IMG/VR virus record: IMGVR_UViG_3300032050_000036 | Span: 32,001-96,000 of that record | DNA: 64,000 nt | Source: a virus | Reading direction: 5' to 3' (one strand) | Shown: positions 1 through 10,116 of the stretch, piece after piece | How the letters are laid out: each line of letters begins with the position of its first letter | How positions within the stretch are numbered: the stretch's first letter is position 1 | Notes under the pieces: model-generated | What the model saw: only the letters and a program-made list of their open reading frames with translations | What the model was told of the DNA's origin: nothing | The model's database searches: none | Position numbers and translations under genes: made by a program

Positions 1-5
1 AAAAA

Positions 6-869
6 ATGACAAAAAATTTATTACAGCAAGTTATGATAAAAGATGCAGGTAAAAAGAAAAGTAATTATCCAGAAGAGGATACTAGTTTTATAGAGGGCTT
101 AATTCAAAAAATAGAGTCTGGATATCTTACAAAAACAAAACCAAGGTTTAGTAAAAAAACAAACTTTTCTGCATCAGCGCTAACATATGGTGCTGGAGAA
201 TGTCCAAGATATTGGTTCTTGGCTTTTGATGGGCAGGTTCATCATGATAATTCAGATGCATATGGTGTTGCAAACAGAACAAATGGAACGTTAGGCCATG
301 AAAGAATTCAAGAAGCAATCAAAGACGCTGGCCTTCTTGATGAAACAATGGAGATGGATACAATCCCACGTAAGTATAATAAGCAGACTCATCCAGCAAT
401 GGAGTTTAGAGTTAAAACAGAAGACCCTCCTTTTGATGGTTACGGCGACGTTATGCTTAACTATAATGGAGAAAGACTAGTTGGTGAAATTAAAACAATT
501 ACTAACGAAGGATTTGAATATAAAAAGAATAGCAGAAAGCCTAAGATGGGTCATCTTATGCAGTTGCTAATATATATGAAGGTTTGGAAAATTGGTAAAG
601 GCGTAATGATTTATGAAAATAAAAATAATCATGAGTTATTAACTTTACCTGTAGTAGTAAATGATCATTACCGTCGGTGGGTAGACCAGGCATTTGATTG
701 GATGAGGGAAGTTTATAAGGCTTGGCAGGAAAGAAATTTGCCACAGAAGCCTTATAGGTCAAACTCTAAAATTTGTAAAGTATGTCCAATTCAAAAAGCA
801 TGTGCTGAAGCAGAGACAGGGGTAATTAAACTTAGACCTCTGGAGTTGCTAGAAGATGAAAAATTGTAA
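6..869 (+). CDS. Cas4-like PD-(D/E)xK exonuclease
   Basis: N-terminal CPR, GYGD...GEIKT nuclease motif, QLLIY, C-terminal CKVCPIQKAC Fe-S cysteines. Confidence 0.8.
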   Translation: MTKNLLQQVMIKDAGKKKSNYPEEDTSFIEGLIQKIESGYLTKTKPRFSKKTNFSASALTYGAGECPRYWFLAFDGQVHHDNSDAYGVANRTNGTLGHERIQEAIKDAGLLDETMEMDTIPRKYNKQTHPAMEFRVKTEDPPFDGYGDVMLNYNGERLVGEIKTITNEGFEYKKNSRKPKMGHLMQLLIYMKVWKIGKGVMIYENKNNHELLTLPVVVNDHYRRWVDQAFDWMREVYKAWQERNLPQKPYRSNSKICKVCPIQKACAEAETGVIKLRPLELLEDEKL

Positions 870-1143
870 ATGGTGTGATCATAATTTTGAATCATTAATT
901 TCTTATCAAATATATTGTTCTGAAAAGTGTAGAGATTCTGCTACTAAAGAAAAAATAGCACAACGATATATACAAACTAGAAGACAGAAAAGAAAAGGAA
1001 AGAATCGTGTTTGTAAGAAATGTAATGAAAAACTTTCTATATACAATGACGATCCATTATGTACAAAATGTAACATTAACCCAAATCAGGTTAAAAGAGC
1101 ATTGAAAGATATAAAAAATAAAACAAATGATAAACGAAAATAA
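856..1143 (+). CDS. Cys-rich zinc-binding protein
   Basis: CKWC, YCSEKC, CKKC and CTKC motifs; overlaps both neighbours. Confidence 0.7.
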   Translation: MKNCKWCDHNFESLISYQIYCSEKCRDSATKEKIAQRYIQTRRQKRKGKNRVCKKCNEKLSIYNDDPLCTKCNINPNQVKRALKDIKNKTNDKRK

Positions 1144-1714
1144 TTTACCTATTACAATTTGTTCTATTGATGCAAGTACAACTAGTCTTGCATTTGCATT
1201 GTTTAATGCACAAGAAAAAACATTAGGCGTTGTCGGTAAAATAAAATTTGATGGCAAAAATATTTATGAAAAAGTTATGGATGCTGGTAAAAAAACAAAA
1301 GCATTTTTTGATTACTATGGGGGGTTTGAGGCAATTGTAATTGAGCATACAGTGTTTATGAATAGTCCTAAAACTGCTGCAGATCTTGCGTTAGTCCAAG
1401 GAGCCATACTTGGAGCAGCAGGTCAATCAGCAACAACAATAATAGGAAAGGTATCTCCAATTACCTGGCAAAATTATATTGGTAATAAAAAATTAACTAA
1501 AGAAGAGCAGTTAACTATAAGATCTAAAAATCCTGGAAAATCAGATTCTTGGTATAAAACATATGAGCGTAACTTTAGAAAAGAAAGAACAATGAAATTA
1601 ATAGATATTATTTATGACAGAACTATTAATGATAATGATGTTGCAGACGCATGTGGAATAGGTCATTGGGCTGTAAATAATTGGGAAAAGGCTGTTGGAT
1701 TTGACAAGGAGTGA
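1127..1714 (+). CDS. RuvC-like Holliday junction resolvase
   Basis: SIDAS, IVIE and DVADACGI acidic active-site motifs. Confidence 0.8.
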   Translation: MINENNLPITICSIDASTTSLAFALFNAQEKTLGVVGKIKFDGKNIYEKVMDAGKKTKAFFDYYGGFEAIVIEHTVFMNSPKTAADLALVQGAILGAAGQSATTIIGKVSPITWQNYIGNKKLTKEEQLTIRSKNPGKSDSWYKTYERNFRKERTMKLIDIIYDRTINDNDVADACGIGHWAVNNWEKAVGFDKE

Positions 1715-1716
1715 CT

Positions 1717-1872
1717 ATGGGTGCTAAACTGTATACAAATGAACTATGGCTTAAAAAAAGATATCATATTGATAAAAAATCTCCAGAGGCTATAGCAAAA
1801 GAATGTGGGGTTAGCGTGGAAACTATTTATGTATACCTTGCTAAATTTGGGCTAAGGAAGTCAAAGCGATGA
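1717..1872 (+). CDS. Small helix-turn-helix protein (51 aa, not in ORF track)
   Basis: AAGGAG RBS; MGAKLYTNELWLKKRYHIDKKSPEAIAKECGVSVETIYVYLAKFGL. Confidence 0.75.
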   Translation: MGAKLYTNELWLKKRYHIDKKSPEAIAKECGVSVETIYVYLAKFGLRKSKR

Positions 1873-2225
1873 ATCCAGTATTTTCAGATGTCAATAATTT
1901 TAGATGTGATGACTTATACTTGCTTACAGTAGGCACATCTGCTGGCAAAGAGATATATGAATCTTGTCATGAAATTGCACATATGCTTATTAAAAAGAAC
2001 ATAGCATATGGAAATTCTGCATTAGAGCCAGTTCGTATTTTTAGTAGAGCAGACGCAAGAGAACAACTACATGTTCGTATTGACGATAAGTTAAGCAGAA
2101 TAATGAAGGGCACATCGTATGTCGGAGATAATGATATTGATGATCTTATCGGTTATCTTGTTTTATTAAAAATAGCAAAGGCAAAAGAATTAGAAAGAAG
2201 AGAGGCCTATGGTCATGTCGACTGA
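1869..2225 (+). CDS. Nucleotide-modification-associated all-alpha (MazG-like/DUF1599-type) protein
   Basis: KKNIAYGNS...RIDDKLSRI...DDLIGY pattern. Confidence 0.6.
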   Translation: MNPVFSDVNNFRCDDLYLLTVGTSAGKEIYESCHEIAHMLIKKNIAYGNSALEPVRIFSRADAREQLHVRIDDKLSRIMKGTSYVGDNDIDDLIGYLVLLKIAKAKELERREAYGHVD

Positions 2226-2748
2226 AGAAGACTTAGTTAAACATTTGGATGAAATAAACGTCGTAGTTGGAGAATATCTAAAAGGAAATGATCCTACAAA
2301 AATTTCTAAAGATCTTGCAATACCACGCACTCGTGTAGTACAACATATCAATGAGTGGAAAGTTATGGCTTCAGCAAATGATGCAATTCGTGCTCGTGCT
2401 AAAGAGGCCCTTGCAGTTGCAGATACACATTATAATAAATTAATTGCAAAGTCTTACGAGGTGATTGATGAGGCATCATTAACTAATAATCTTGGGGCAA
2501 AGACCCAAGCAATTAAACTAGTTATGGATATTGAGTCTAAGAGAATTGATATGCTACAAAAAGCAGGTTTGCTTGAGAATAAAGAACTTGCAGAAGAGAT
2601 GCTACAAATAGAAAAAAAGCAAGAAGTGCTTATGGCAATTTTAAGGGATATTGCTTCTGAGTACCCACAGATTCGTGATGAGATTATGCGTAGACTTTCT
2701 GATGTTGCCAAAAAGGACGAAGTGATTACAATTGTCCACAATGTTTGA
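2209..2748 (+). CDS. HTH/coiled-coil protein, probable terminase small subunit
   Basis: N-terminal HTH-like segment; directly upstream of and overlapping the large terminase. Confidence 0.55.
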   Translation: MVMSTEEDLVKHLDEINVVVGEYLKGNDPTKISKDLAIPRTRVVQHINEWKVMASANDAIRARAKEALAVADTHYNKLIAKSYEVIDEASLTNNLGAKTQAIKLVMDIESKRIDMLQKAGLLENKELAEEMLQIEKKQEVLMAILRDIASEYPQIRDEIMRRLSDVAKKDEVITIVHNV

Positions 2749-4516
2749 TGATTTTTTAGAAGCGCTTGCTGATAATAATTTTGAAGAAACTCCAGTAGAT
2801 GCAAAAACATTTGTAGAGTCTCTAGATTATTTAGGTCAGCCAGGATTATCAGATATTCAATATAATATTGTTGAAGCAATGAGTCAAATATATAGAAAAG
2901 AAGATCTTCAATCAATTATGGGAGAAGAAGAAGGTGCAAGGTACTATGAAAAATATACAAAAAATGAAATCATTTTACAACTTGGCAAAGGTAGCGGTAA
3001 AGATTTCACCTCTACTGTGGCTTGTGCTTATATTGTATACAAACTACTTTGTCTTAAAGACCCTGCAAAGTACTTCGGAAAACCATCTGGAGACGCTATA
3101 GATTTAATTAATGTTGCTATTAATGCACAACAAGCAAAAAATGTTTTCTTTAAAGGCTTTAAATCAAAGATTGAGAGGTCACCTTGGTTTGCTGGTAAGT
3201 ATGAAGCAAAAGTTGACTCTATTAGTTTTGATAAGTCAGTAACTGTTTATTCTGGACACTCAGAACGTGAATCTCATGAGGGTTTAAATCTTTTACTTGC
3301 AGTTCTTGATGAGATCTCTGGGTTTGCATCAGAAGTTGCAACTGGAAATGAACAAGGAAAGACTGCAGATAATATATATAAAGCGTTTCGTGGCTCAGTA
3401 GATTCTAGATTTCCTGATCTTGGAAAGGTAGTTCTTCTTTCATTCCCACGATATAATGGAGACTTTATTTCTGAACGATATGAAGCAGTAATTGCTGACA
3501 AAGAAGTAGTAACAAAGAGCCATAGATTTATTATTAATCCACTATTGCCAGAAGACGATAAGGATAATTGGTTTGAAATTACATGGGATGAAGATCATAT
3601 AAAGTCTTATAAGTATCCTGGAGTATTTGGTTTAAAAAGACCCACATGGGAAGTTAATCCAACTAGAAAGATTGATGATTTTAAGATTGCTTTCATGACA
3701 GATCTTGGCGATGCAATGATGCGTTTTGCTTGTGTCCCTACATATGCCTCTGATGCATTTTTTAAGCAGGCAGACAAAGTAAGAGCCTGTATGAGCATTA
3801 GAAATCCTCTTGATACTTTTAGAAGGTTTGAAGAAAACTTTAAACCAGATCCAGAAAAGATTTATTTTGTTCATGCTGATCTTGCACAAAAGCATGACAA
3901 GTGTGCAGTAGCAATTGCACATGTTGAGAAGTGGGTTAACGTTCAAGTAATTAAAGACTATGAACAGATATCCCCAGTAGTAGTTGTTGACGCTGTAGCA
4001 TGGTGGGAGCCAAAGGTAGAGGGTCCAGTAAATCTGTCTGAGGTAAAGCAATGGATACAAAACCTACGCAGACTTGGATTTAATATAGGTTTAGTAACAT
4101 TTGACAGATGGCAGTCATTTGATATTCAAAATGAATTACAGGCGGTAGGCATGAGAACAGAAACTGTGTCTGTTTCCAAGAAACACTATGAGGATATGGC
4201 TATGCTTGTATATGAAGAAAGACTTGCTATGCCTGCCATCGAACTTTTGTTTGAGGAATTAACAGAACTTAAGATTATGAAAAATGATAAGGTAGATCAC
4301 CCACGTAAAAAATCAAAGGACTTGGCTGATGCTGTGTGTGGCTCTATTTTCGGTGCTATTTCTCATACCCCTAGAGATCAAAACCTTGAAGTTGAAGTTC
4401 ATACATTTAAGGATAAGCCACGCAGAATTGACACGCTTCCTGAGAACGTGATACAATATAAGCCTAGTCAAATAGAAGACATAAAAGACTATTTGGATAG
4501 ACTAAAAACAATATAA
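2741..4516 (+). CDS. terL: Terminase large subunit
   Basis: Walker A GKGSGKD, Walker B LAVLDE, C-terminal RNase-H-like HADLA...FDRW...KDLADA. Confidence 0.9.
   Translation: MFDDFLEALADNNFEETPVDAKTFVESLDYLGQPGLSDIQYNIVEAMSQIYRKEDLQSIMGEEEGARYYEKYTKNEIILQLGKGSGKDFTSTVACAYIVYKLLCLKDPAKYFGKPSGDAIDLINVAINAQQAKNVFFKGFKSKIERSPWFAGKYEAKVDSISFDKSVTVYSGHSERESHEGLNLLLAVLDEISGFASEVATGNEQGKTADNIYKAFRGSVDSRFPDLGKVVLLSFPRYNGDFISERYEAVIADKEVVTKSHRFIINPLLPEDDKDNWFEITWDEDHIKSYKYPGVFGLKRPTWEVNPTRKIDDFKIAFMTDLGDAMMRFACVPTYASDAFFKQADKVRACMSIRNPLDTFRRFEENFKPDPEKIYFVHADLAQKHDKCAVAIAHVEKWVNVQVIKDYEQISPVVVVDAVAWWEPKVEGPVNLSEVKQWIQNLRRLGFNIGLVTFDRWQSFDIQNELQAVGMRTETVSVSKKHYEDMAMLVYEERLAMPAIELLFEELTELKIMKNDKVDHPRKKSKDLADAVCGSIFGAISHTPRDQNLEVEVHTFKDKPRRIDTLPENVIQYKPSQIEDIKDYLDRLKTI
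4428..4457 (+). promoter_or_regulatory. Sigma70-type promoter for the Ala-rich surface protein
   Basis: TTGACA-18 nt-TACAAT with extended -10 TG. Confidence 0.6.
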
Positions 4517-4541
4517 ATAAAATGAATATACAAGGAGAAAA

Positions 4542-5702
4542 ATGAATTCATTAAAGAAAATCGCTCTAGCCGTGGTTGCAGCCATGACTACCGCAACAAT
4601 CGTGGCTTCGCCTGCAAGCGCAGCCGTAATGACAGTCGCTGTATCACTTGACGGAACTGCTAATACAACAGCATCCGCAATTGCTACACCTGCATCATTG
4701 CCAGTACCAGCAGACAACACAGTTGACGCTGCTGACGCACTCAAGTTTGTTGCAACAGTTGATACAGGAACATCAGTAACTGTAGCAACAACAAATGCAA
4801 CAATTGTTTCTGCATTGCACACATCTGCTGCACCAGTATCTGCATCATCAGGATCTTCATCTTTGACAATTGCAACTGGAACAGGAACAACTGCAACATT
4901 TTGGGTTTATACAAAGACAACTGCAATTGGTACTGTAACAATTACCAATCAGGGAACAACCCTAACATATTATGTACAAGGAACTGCAGGAAAGATTAAC
5001 ACTCTTGCACTTTCTGCTGCTGATGCGGGAACAACTTCAAGCGTTGTAACTGCAACAGTAACAGCAACAGACGTATTTGGTAACAAGGTATCAGGTAAGG
5101 GTCTAACAGCACTTGTTGTTGGTGGAACTCTTGATACAACTACTGCTACAACTGGCGCTACTTTGACTAACTTTGGTCAAGCAGACTTCAAGGTAACACT
5201 GCCAACAACTGGTTCTTCAACCCTTGTTGTATCTGTTACAAACTCATCTGATGTTGCATCTGTTGTAACAGGTTTCAACACAGTAACTTCAAGCGTAGTC
5301 AAGACAATCACAGTTCGTGATCTTCTTGGAGAACTTGCTGCTGAAAAGGCTGCTAAGGATGCTGCTATTGCTGCTAAGGCTGCAGTAGATGCTGCTCTTG
5401 CTAAGGCTGTAGCAGACGCTGCTACTGCTGCTGCTAAGGCTACTGCTGATGCTGTTGCTGCTAAGGCTGCTGCAGATGCTGACAAGGCTGCTGCTGTAAA
5501 GGCAGAAGTCGATAAGGCTGCTGCTGCTGCAAAGGTTGCATCAGATGCAAGCGCTTCTAAGGATGCAGAAATTGCAAAGTTAAAAGCAGACCTTGCTACT
5601 GCAATTAAAGGAATTGCAGATACAAAGAAGATTGCAAATGCTGCAATTGCATTAGCAAACAAGTCATTGCCTAAGAGCAAGAGACTACCTTTGATTAAGT
5701 AA
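4542..5702 (+). CDS. Secreted Ala/Thr-rich surface protein (Ig-like region plus Ala-Lys coiled coil)
   Basis: Signal peptide MNSLKKIALAVVAA...ASA; TVTATDVFGN; AAKA repeats; AAGGAG RBS. Confidence 0.75.
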   Translation: MNSLKKIALAVVAAMTTATIVASPASAAVMTVAVSLDGTANTTASAIATPASLPVPADNTVDAADALKFVATVDTGTSVTVATTNATIVSALHTSAAPVSASSGSSSLTIATGTGTTATFWVYTKTTAIGTVTITNQGTTLTYYVQGTAGKINTLALSAADAGTTSSVVTATVTATDVFGNKVSGKGLTALVVGGTLDTTTATTGATLTNFGQADFKVTLPTTGSSTLVVSVTNSSDVASVVTGFNTVTSSVVKTITVRDLLGELAAEKAAKDAAIAAKAAVDAALAKAVADAATAAAKATADAVAAKAAADADKAAAVKAEVDKAAAAAKVASDASASKDAEIAKLKADLATAIKGIADTKKIANAAIALANKSLPKSKRLPLIK

Positions 5703-5720
5703 TTAATACTTAAAAAGATT

Positions 5721-5751
5721 GGGAGTCAGGAAACTGGCTCCCTTTTCTTTT
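5721..5751 (+). terminator. Intrinsic terminator
   Basis: GGGAGTCAG-GAAA-CTGGCTCCC followed by TTTTCTTTT. Confidence 0.85.
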
Positions 5752-5780
5752 ATAATAAAATGATATAATCATCTTATTAT

Positions 5781-7844
5781 TTGTTGGAGGAAAGGAAAAT
5801 AAAAAGACTAATACGCATAGCACTAGCCAGTTTCTTGGCCTTTGGTTGGCTTATAGTGGCTCCTACAGAGGCTAACTCTGATGATCCAATAGCAATTGCT
5901 GCCCAAGAAATACAAGACCTTAAAGACAGCGTAGAAGATCTTAATTATAAAGATGAGTTTAATAATTTAATAAATATAGCAGAAGAAAAATATAATGATG
6001 CCATACAGGCTAAACAAGATAGAGATAATGCATACGATATATATGACTCTGCGGTAATAACAGAAGCCACGGCAGTTGAAGAAAAAACATTAGCCCAATC
6101 AGCAGTAGATGGACAAACAGTAACAGTTGCTACAGCATTACAAGATAAAAATGATGCACAAGACGCCTTAGATATAGCCAATTTAAATGTTCAAACAACA
6201 CAAGCAGCAATTTCAAATGCTGGTAATTCAGGATTACAATATACAGTATATTATCTTACAAGAGGGTTTGGTGGAGTAGCAATTCCAAGCGGTGTTATAT
6301 GTACTGGAGTTTGGAATTCAAATTCAATGCAGCCACCAGTATGCGGTAGATATGAAGATTTTATAGTTAAATTTACTGGAACCATTACTGTTCCCTCTCA
6401 TTGGACCTCAACATATTTTGCAGGGTATACAGATGATGGATTTAAAATGTATATTAATGGACAACTTGCAGTAAATAACTGGGTGGAACAGGGAGTTAGA
6501 TGGAGTTCGTACTCTCCAGTTTATGATGTTAGCCAAGATAAAACTTTAGATGTAGAAATTTGGTGGTATAACGGAGGAGGCCCAGGATACTATCATCTTG
6601 GATGGGCAATTCCTGGAGGTTGGACTGGAGCAGGTTGCGATTATACTGGTGGATGGGGGGTAGGATTTAGTTGTAATCTTAATACATTTTCATATGGATC
6701 TGGTGCAACACAAGCACAAATAGATGCATATAATGAGGCAGTATCAGCACAACAAACAGCACAAAACAATTATAATAATAAACTTAGTACATATAATTCT
6801 GAAGTTCAAAACCTCACAACATTAAATCAAAACCTAACAACCGCTACACAAAACCTAACAACAGCACAACAAAACCTAACAGATGCTTTGGCTGCAAAAA
6901 ATAATGCTATTTCTGTTTATAATCAAGCAATTATTGATATGGATAATGCAATACAAAATGCTTGGGATTATTATGATGAGCAATTAGAAAGAGAAATACA
7001 AATTGCTATTGCTCAGGCAGCAGCAAATGCTGCAGCGAATCAACCAACACCTGTAGCAAGTCCAGACCCTGAGCCAACTGTAGAACCAACTCCAGAGCCA
7101 ACCGTAGAGCCAACACCTGAACCTACAGTAGAACCAACCCCTGAACCTACACCAGAACCAGAACCAACTCCTGAACCTACAATAGATCCAACTCCAGAGC
7201 CAGAGCCAACACCAGAACCAGAACCAACTATAGAGCCTACGCCAGAGCCTACTACTGATCCAACTCCTGAACCTACTCCTGGACCTGAACCAACACCAGA
7301 GCCAACCCCTGAAATAGATGATGAAATAAAAGAATTAATTCCTGAAAAGGGTACAGGAACAGCAGAAGATTTATCTGGAGTTATTGCTAATCTTACAAGC
7401 AAAGATAATAAGTTAGTTACACTTTCACCTGAGCAAGTGGCAGCAGTTAGCCAAACCCTTAAGTCTTTGACCCAAGAAGCAAAGGCAGAGGTAGCGCAAG
7501 ACTTAGGTATCAAGGCATCAGAAGTTGAAAAGATTGCAGAGGCAATGAAGTCTGATCCAGAAATTGCTACAGCGTTTGTAGAGTTTGAAAGCAGAGCAGC
7601 AGAAGCGGGGGATTCAGCAATGCCATTTACATTAGCAGACGCTATCACTGAAGTACAAACAGAAGCGTTTTTAGCAGACCCACTTGGGACATTAACAGAT
7701 ATAGATTTTGAAAAAGTACTAAGTCCTACAGAATGGGGTAAGGATATGACAGATGATCAAAGAGAGAAGGTTCAAGAGGTAGTCATTCCTGTTATTTTGG
7801 TAGGAAATATTGTTAGTTCAGTTATGTCACTAAGGAGGTTATAA
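5781..7844 (+). CDS. Membrane/surface protein with PA14-like domain, coiled coils and PEPT linker
   Basis: N-terminal hydrophobic helix; [18 protein letters not shown] and WWYNGGG PA14-type motifs; Pro-Glu-Pro-Thr repeats. Confidence 0.75.
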   Translation: MLEERKIKRLIRIALASFLAFGWLIVAPTEANSDDPIAIAAQEIQDLKDSVEDLNYKDEFNNLINIAEEKYNDAIQAKQDRDNAYDIYDSAVITEATAVEEKTLAQSAVDGQTVTVATALQDKNDAQDALDIANLNVQTTQAAISNAGNSGLQYTVYYLTRGFGGVAIPSGVICTGVWNSNSMQPPVCGRYEDFIVKFTGTITVPSHWTSTYFAGYTDDGFKMYINGQLAVNNWVEQGVRWSSYSPVYDVSQDKTLDVEIWWYNGGGPGYYHLGWAIPGGWTGAGCDYTGGWGVGFSCNLNTFSYGSGATQAQIDAYNEAVSAQQTAQNNYNNKLSTYNSEVQNLTTLNQNLTTATQNLTTAQQNLTDALAAKNNAISVYNQAIIDMDNAIQNAWDYYDEQLEREIQIAIAQAAANAAANQPTPVASPDPEPTVEPTPEPTVEPTPEPTVEPTPEPTPEPEPTPEPTIDPTPEPEPTPEPEPTIEPTPEPTTDPTPEPTPGPEPTPEPTPEIDDEIKELIPEKGTGTAEDLSGVIANLTSKDNKLVTLSPEQVAAVSQTLKSLTQEAKAEVAQDLGIKASEVEKIAEAMKSDPEIATAFVEFESRAAEAGDSAMPFTLADAITEVQTEAFLADPLGTLTDIDFEKVLSPTEWGKDMTDDQREKVQEVVIPVILVGNIVSSVMSLRRL
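7060..7313 (+). repeat. PEPT/PTPE coding tandem repeat
   Basis: Degenerate 12/24-nt repeats encoding [12 protein letters not shown]. Confidence 0.9.
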
Positions 7845-7845
7845 T

Positions 7846-8055
7846 ATGAACATGATTAAAAGGATAATTAAGGGGCTTCTTAAGTGGTTTAAGGCTGCTG
7901 TAATTGAGAGTATTGCCCAAATATTCACCATTCTTGGCTTCTTTATTGCTTGGCTTACCCTTACAGGTACCGCCCAGCAGGTAGTGGGGGTAGCCACATT
8001 AATATCAATAGCCCTATGGCTTATTACCATCCCTCTTCGTGAAGATAAAGAATAA
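7846..8055 (+). CDS. Small two-TM membrane protein
   Basis: AAGGAGG RBS; two hydrophobic helices. Confidence 0.75.
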   Translation: MNMIKRIIKGLLKWFKAAVIESIAQIFTILGFFIAWLTLTGTAQQVVGVATLISIALWLITIPLREDKE

Positions 8056-8075
8056 TATATTGGTATAATGCTAAT

Positions 8076-8261
8076 ATGAGAATTCGTCATATTTTACTAT
8101 CGTGTATACTTGTATTAGGCCTTAGTGGCTGTGGGTATGACGGTCACTATCGTTATCCTTGCCAGGATCCAGCAAACTGGGAAAAGGCAGAATGTAATCC
8201 ACCATTGTGTGAGGCTACAGGAACTTGTACAAAAGACTTGATAGGAAAACAGGATGAGTAA
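8076..8261 (+). CDS. Small Cys-rich lipoprotein (leaderless)
   Basis: Lipobox LSGC; TGGTATAAT 6 nt upstream of ATG. Confidence 0.75.
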   Translation: MRIRHILLSCILVLGLSGCGYDGHYRYPCQDPANWEKAECNPPLCEATGTCTKDLIGKQDE

Positions 8262-8664
8262 GCAAAGATTAACACCGCAAGATCTTGATGCACGACTAAA
8301 GTTTATTCTTGGTTGTACGCTAGGAGCAATTTTATTATTTACAGCATTAGGAATTTTATATGCTCTTATATTTGTAACACAACCAATTGAAGCACAATCA
8401 GAAAATGATAAGATGTTCTTTAATGTGCTTGGATCAGTTGCTACATTTATTACAGGAACACTCGCAGGTTTGTTAATTGGACAGAGTGGTGCTAAAGATA
8501 TTATGCAAGCACAGATGGATAATAAAAAAGTAGATTCAGAAATTAGAATGGCAGAAGATAAACTTGATGCAGAGTTAGATGAAGTAAGAGCAAGACTCGC
8601 TGCCAAGCCAGACGGTGCAATGCCAGCAGAGCAACCAGTAGATACTAATTGGGATAAGGAGTAA
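8254..8664 (+). CDS. Two-TM membrane protein, possible holin
   Basis: Two TM helices; immediately upstream of the endolysin. Confidence 0.6.
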   Translation: MSKQRLTPQDLDARLKFILGCTLGAILLFTALGILYALIFVTQPIEAQSENDKMFFNVLGSVATFITGTLAGLLIGQSGAKDIMQAQMDNKKVDSEIRMAEDKLDAELDEVRARLAAKPDGAMPAEQPVDTNWDKE

Positions 8665-8667
8665 GCG

Positions 8668-9309
8668 ATGGCACAAGATGATTTTCCAGTACCAGCAGCA
8701 ACAGAAAAGGCTCCGCAAGGAACTGCTGCTCGTCTTATTCAAGTTGCTAAATCTCAAGTAGGATATATCGAAGGTCCTAAAGATAATGAAACAAAATACG
8801 GTGCATATACAAAGGCAAACTTTCAACCATGGTGTGGATCATTTGTTAATTGGTGCGGTAATGAGGCTGGCGTAAAGATTCCTAATACTGTTTACACTCC
8901 AGGTGGTGCACAGGCATTTAAGAAGGCTGGTGCATGGATTGATGGAGATTTAGCAGATCCAGAACCAGGAGATATAGCCTATTTTGATTTTCCTTCAGAC
9001 GGTGTAGATAGAATCTCACATGTTGGTATTGTTATTGAAGATAACGAAGATGGAACTGTTTGGTGCATTGAAGGAAATACTTCTTCAAACAAGAAGGGTA
9101 GCCAAAGAAATGGTGGAGAATGCTGTAAACAACTTCGTGCTTATAAGAAAAATAAAGCAGGGGTTATGGTTTCTATCGTAGGTTTTGGACGTCCTAAATT
9201 TAAAGGGGCATCAAAAACATCTGAAATAACATCAGATGCTGCTAAGACTTCTAAGCCTAAACCAAATAAAATAAAAACTTGTCCAGCATGTGGACAAGAT
9301 ATAAAATAG
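8668..9309 (+). CDS. CHAP/NlpC-P60 peptidoglycan hydrolase (endolysin)
   Basis: PWCGSFV, PGDIAYF, SHVGIV and IEGNT motifs. Confidence 0.85.
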   Translation: MAQDDFPVPAATEKAPQGTAARLIQVAKSQVGYIEGPKDNETKYGAYTKANFQPWCGSFVNWCGNEAGVKIPNTVYTPGGAQAFKKAGAWIDGDLADPEPGDIAYFDFPSDGVDRISHVGIVIEDNEDGTVWCIEGNTSSNKKGSQRNGGECCKQLRAYKKNKAGVMVSIVGFGRPKFKGASKTSEITSDAAKTSKPKPNKIKTCPACGQDIK

Positions 9310-9338
9310 TTGACACATTTTCATCTTAATGATATACT
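9310..9338 (+). promoter_or_regulatory. Sigma70-type promoter
   Basis: TTGACA-17 nt-TATACT with extended TG. Confidence 0.75.
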
Positions 9339-9363
9339 GATATAAACTATCAGAAAGGCTACC

Positions 9364-9897
9364 ATGACTTGTATAGCAGTTGTGCGTGATAAAGTAAATA
9401 ATAAAATATGGATGGCAGGAGATCGTGGTGTCTCTGATGACAATGTCATTAATGTTTGTTCAAGTCCTAAAATTTGGAAAAAAGAGGGATATCTATTTGG
9501 GTATGCTGGATCGATGGATGGGGATAGGATAAAGCATTTATTTGTTCCGCCTCAGCCAGAACCTAGAGTGAACATAGATAAGTTTATGTATAGTAAATTT
9601 TTAAAAGCACTTAGAACTTTTTATGAAAACTGGTGGGTAGACACTTCGCCATCATCTGATTTTGGAATGATTATCTGTGTTCGTGGAAAGATATATGAAC
9701 ACAATGCTGGCGATATGTCATTAACACAGTATGAACAAGATTATTTAGCAATGGGATCTGGAGGAGATCTAGCACTTGGATCATTATATTCAACACAAAA
9801 ACAAAAAGATTCAAGAAAAAGGGCGGTACTTGCAGTAAATGCTGCCATTAATCATTCTATGTCCTGTAAAGGTCCTATTGACATCCTAAGCATTTAA
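9364..9897 (+). CDS. Ntn-hydrolase, proteasome beta/HslV-like peptidase
   Basis: N-terminal Thr (MTCIAV), AGDR, K at position ~33, AMGSGG motif. Confidence 0.75.
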   Translation: MTCIAVVRDKVNNKIWMAGDRGVSDDNVINVCSSPKIWKKEGYLFGYAGSMDGDRIKHLFVPPQPEPRVNIDKFMYSKFLKALRTFYENWWVDTSPSSDFGMIICVRGKIYEHNAGDMSLTQYEQDYLAMGSGGDLALGSLYSTQKQKDSRKRAVLAVNAAINHSMSCKGPIDILSI

Positions 9898-9906
9898 AGG
9901 TATACT
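9878..9906 (+). promoter_or_regulatory. Sigma70-type promoter, leaderless
   Basis: TTGACA-17 nt-TATACT, 6 nt before ATG 9913. Confidence 0.75.
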
Positions 9907-9912
9907 AAATAT

Positions 9913-10116
9913 ATGAATCATATGGGTATGGAAGACCTGTCTCCAGAGGAACAGGAATTTAGTATTTGGTTACAAAACGGCATCGAAAGAGGCTGGATTA
10001 GTGATCCTTATTGCCACACACATGACGGTGGCTATCAGTATATGAGTGAAGAAGAATTAGAAGAATGGGAAGCAGGAGGCGACCCATGTGAACATGTTTT
10101 GAGGATATTCATATAA
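9913..10116 (+). CDS. Hypothetical protein
   Basis: Leaderless ORF with CHTHDG and DPCEH motifs. Confidence 0.7.
   Translation: MNHMGMEDLSPEEQEFSIWLQNGIERGWISDPYCHTHDGGYQYMSEEELEEWEAGGDPCEHVLRIFI

Noticed and set aside
6-869. CRISPR-Cas system suggested by the Cas4-like gene
   Set aside because: No cas1/cas2 and no repeat-spacer array; solo Cas4-like nucleases are common in phage replication modules
4502-7648. Long minus-strand ORFs (4502-4822, 5177-5680, 7040-7648)
   Set aside because: Antisense shadows of low-complexity Ala- or Pro-rich genes
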